A DNA stretch of 26,951 bases from the NCBI GenBank assembly GCA_965369865.1, contig CBDURU010000039.1, positions 1 through 26,951 on the forward strand, written 5' to 3'. This stretch comes from an uncultured bacterium (GTDB lineage Bacteria > JAJVIF01 > JAPKYR01). Positions 25,746-26,951 of the stretch are shown piece after piece (position 1 is the stretch's first letter; the number at the start of each line of letters is the position of its first letter). A program made the translations under genes and the position numbers. A model generated the notes under the pieces. That model searched no databases, was not told where the DNA came from, and was given only the letters and a program-made list of their open reading frames with translations.

Positions 25746-26744
25746 ATGAAATCACTGCGAGTCCCTATGTCCGGCCAGACTCAGAAAACCCTTGAGCATT
25801 CACGAATCACCGTTGGGATTGTCACGTACAACTCCGCCGCTACGATCGAAGCTTGTCTTGAATCGGTTAAAAACCACCTCAAGGACGCTATCCCGACTGT
25901 TATTGTCCTCGATAATGCGTCTACGGACGGAACTACAGATTTATTGAAAAAAATCAAAAAGAAATTCCCCTACCCGCTTGAAATTTTAAACCATGATCAT
26001 AACCGGGGTTATGATTGGGGCGTTAACCGGATCGCCGAACTGTTTAATACGGAATGGATATGTTTTATGAATCCGGACGCAAGGCTTCTTGCGCCATGTT
26101 TTGATTATGCAAGGGAAGTTATCAGGAAAGTACCTACATGCGGGGTTATCAGTGGAATTATTACTGATCCTGATGATGAACCGCAGGAGTCGGGAGGGGC
26201 CTTCCCTACCCCATTGATGGCAATCTGGGACTGGTGCGGCCTGAGGCACATCTTTCCGCGACCAAATTGGTCGACCACCATCAAACTCGATATCGGGGAT
26301 AACATGCGGCTTAAACGTATCGATTACCCCACCGGTGCTTTCTGGATTCTCAGATGGGAGGTTTTTAACAGGGTCGGACCGTTCGATGAGAGATTTTTCC
26401 TGTATTTCGAGGAAACTGACTTTTGTAAACGGGCAAGGGAAATCGGCTGGCCCTGTTACATTCATCCTGGAATAAGAATTGAGCATAACAAGGGTGCAAG
26501 CTTTACTGAATCTCCGGATGTTAATGCTCCCGATTACAGGGACCCGTTATCGATCTATTTCGAGAGCCTGTGGAAGTATTTGTACAAGCATTTTCCCCAA
26601 TGGCAGGTGAAAATTGCAATCAGAATAATAAGGGCTTTTTTGAGGCTCAGGAAGCTTATAAAGAAGGACGAGAAATCGGGTAAGATATTGACTACCTTCG
26701 AGGACGGGTTATCGAAAGCAGAGGGTTATTCAGAACCTGGCTGA
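25746..26744 (+). CDS. Glycosyltransferase family 2 (WbbL/rhamnosyltransferase-like)
   Basis: IVTYNS, LDNASTDGT, FMNPD, GPFDERFFLYFEETDFC.R. Confidence 0.9.
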   Translation: MKSLRVPMSGQTQKTLEHSRITVGIVTYNSAATIEACLESVKNHLKDAIPTVIVLDNASTDGTTDLLKKIKKKFPYPLEILNHDHNRGYDWGVNRIAELFNTEWICFMNPDARLLAPCFDYAREVIRKVPTCGVISGIITDPDDEPQESGGAFPTPLMAIWDWCGLRHIFPRPNWSTTIKLDIGDNMRLKRIDYPTGAFWILRWEVFNRVGPFDERFFLYFEETDFCKRAREIGWPCYIHPGIRIEHNKGASFTESPDVNAPDYRDPLSIYFESLWKYLYKHFPQWQVKIAIRIIRAFLRLRKLIKKDEKSGKILTTFEDGLSKAEGYSEPG

Positions 26745-26786
26745 TCTCATAAAACCAGTTTCGTAATTACCGCCACCTCCTCAATT

Positions 26787-26951
26787 ATCGGGTGCCGTTG
26801 ACAAGCTCAGTGAGACATCTCCAACCCGCACGCCTTTAAAAATCCCCGGGTCGAACGTGCTTGTCGACGATTTTTACTAATAACAATTAAATCGCGTGCC
26901 GTCAACCTAATCGGGTGCCGTTGACAAGCTCAGTGAGACATCTCCAACCCG
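26787..26951. repeat. Two exact 42-bp direct repeats, period 123 bp; the second ends at the window edge
   Basis: ATCGGGTGCCGTTGACAAGCTCAGTGAGACATCTCCAACCCG at 26787-26828 and 26910-26951. Confidence 0.9.

Noticed and set aside
7527..26486. Numerous antisense or overlapping ORFs in the track
   Set aside because: They are shadows of well-supported genes on the other strand or frame, with no recognisable motifs.
26787..26951. Canonical CRISPR array or IscB omegaRNA/HEARO start (GTCAAC...GTTGAC)
   Set aside because: Only two repeats with an 81-bp self-related interval and no visible nuclease gene; the resemblance is too short to support a call.

Overview
Bacterial chromosomal segment; the lineage cannot be assigned from the sequence alone. 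The right ~20 kb is mostly ordinary: a DUF58/BatA-VWA/VWA gene trio without its usual MoxR ATPase, hpt, guaA, a degenerate ZnuA/TroA-fold protein, SpoIID/LytB, ispH, DUF1844, der-plsY-gpsA and a GT2 glycosyltransferase. The left ~7 kb holds most of the unexplained structure. (1) A near-canonical XerC/XerD dif site lies at 6999-7026, and the nearest KOPS-like GGGNAGGG octamers point toward it, so the window probably spans the replication terminus. (2) An AT-rich islet of three small orphan ORFs abuts dif, with an operator-overlapped sigma70 promoter and an unannotated 59-aa ORF (possible Xer-integrated element remnant). (3) A complete two-peptide transcription unit (871-1394, minus strand) has a promoter, an SD-occluding hairpin, an unannotated 34-aa Trp-rich peptide, a 78-aa secreted peptide and a terminator. 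The 78-aa peptide carries a duplicated LDGIDWDEWFD core whose two copies differ only at synonymous sites. (4) A hierarchical 26-bp repeat array starts directly at the 3' end of tRNA-Leu(CAA). The window ends on the second copy of a 42-bp exact repeat. All calls are by eye; no database searches were run.
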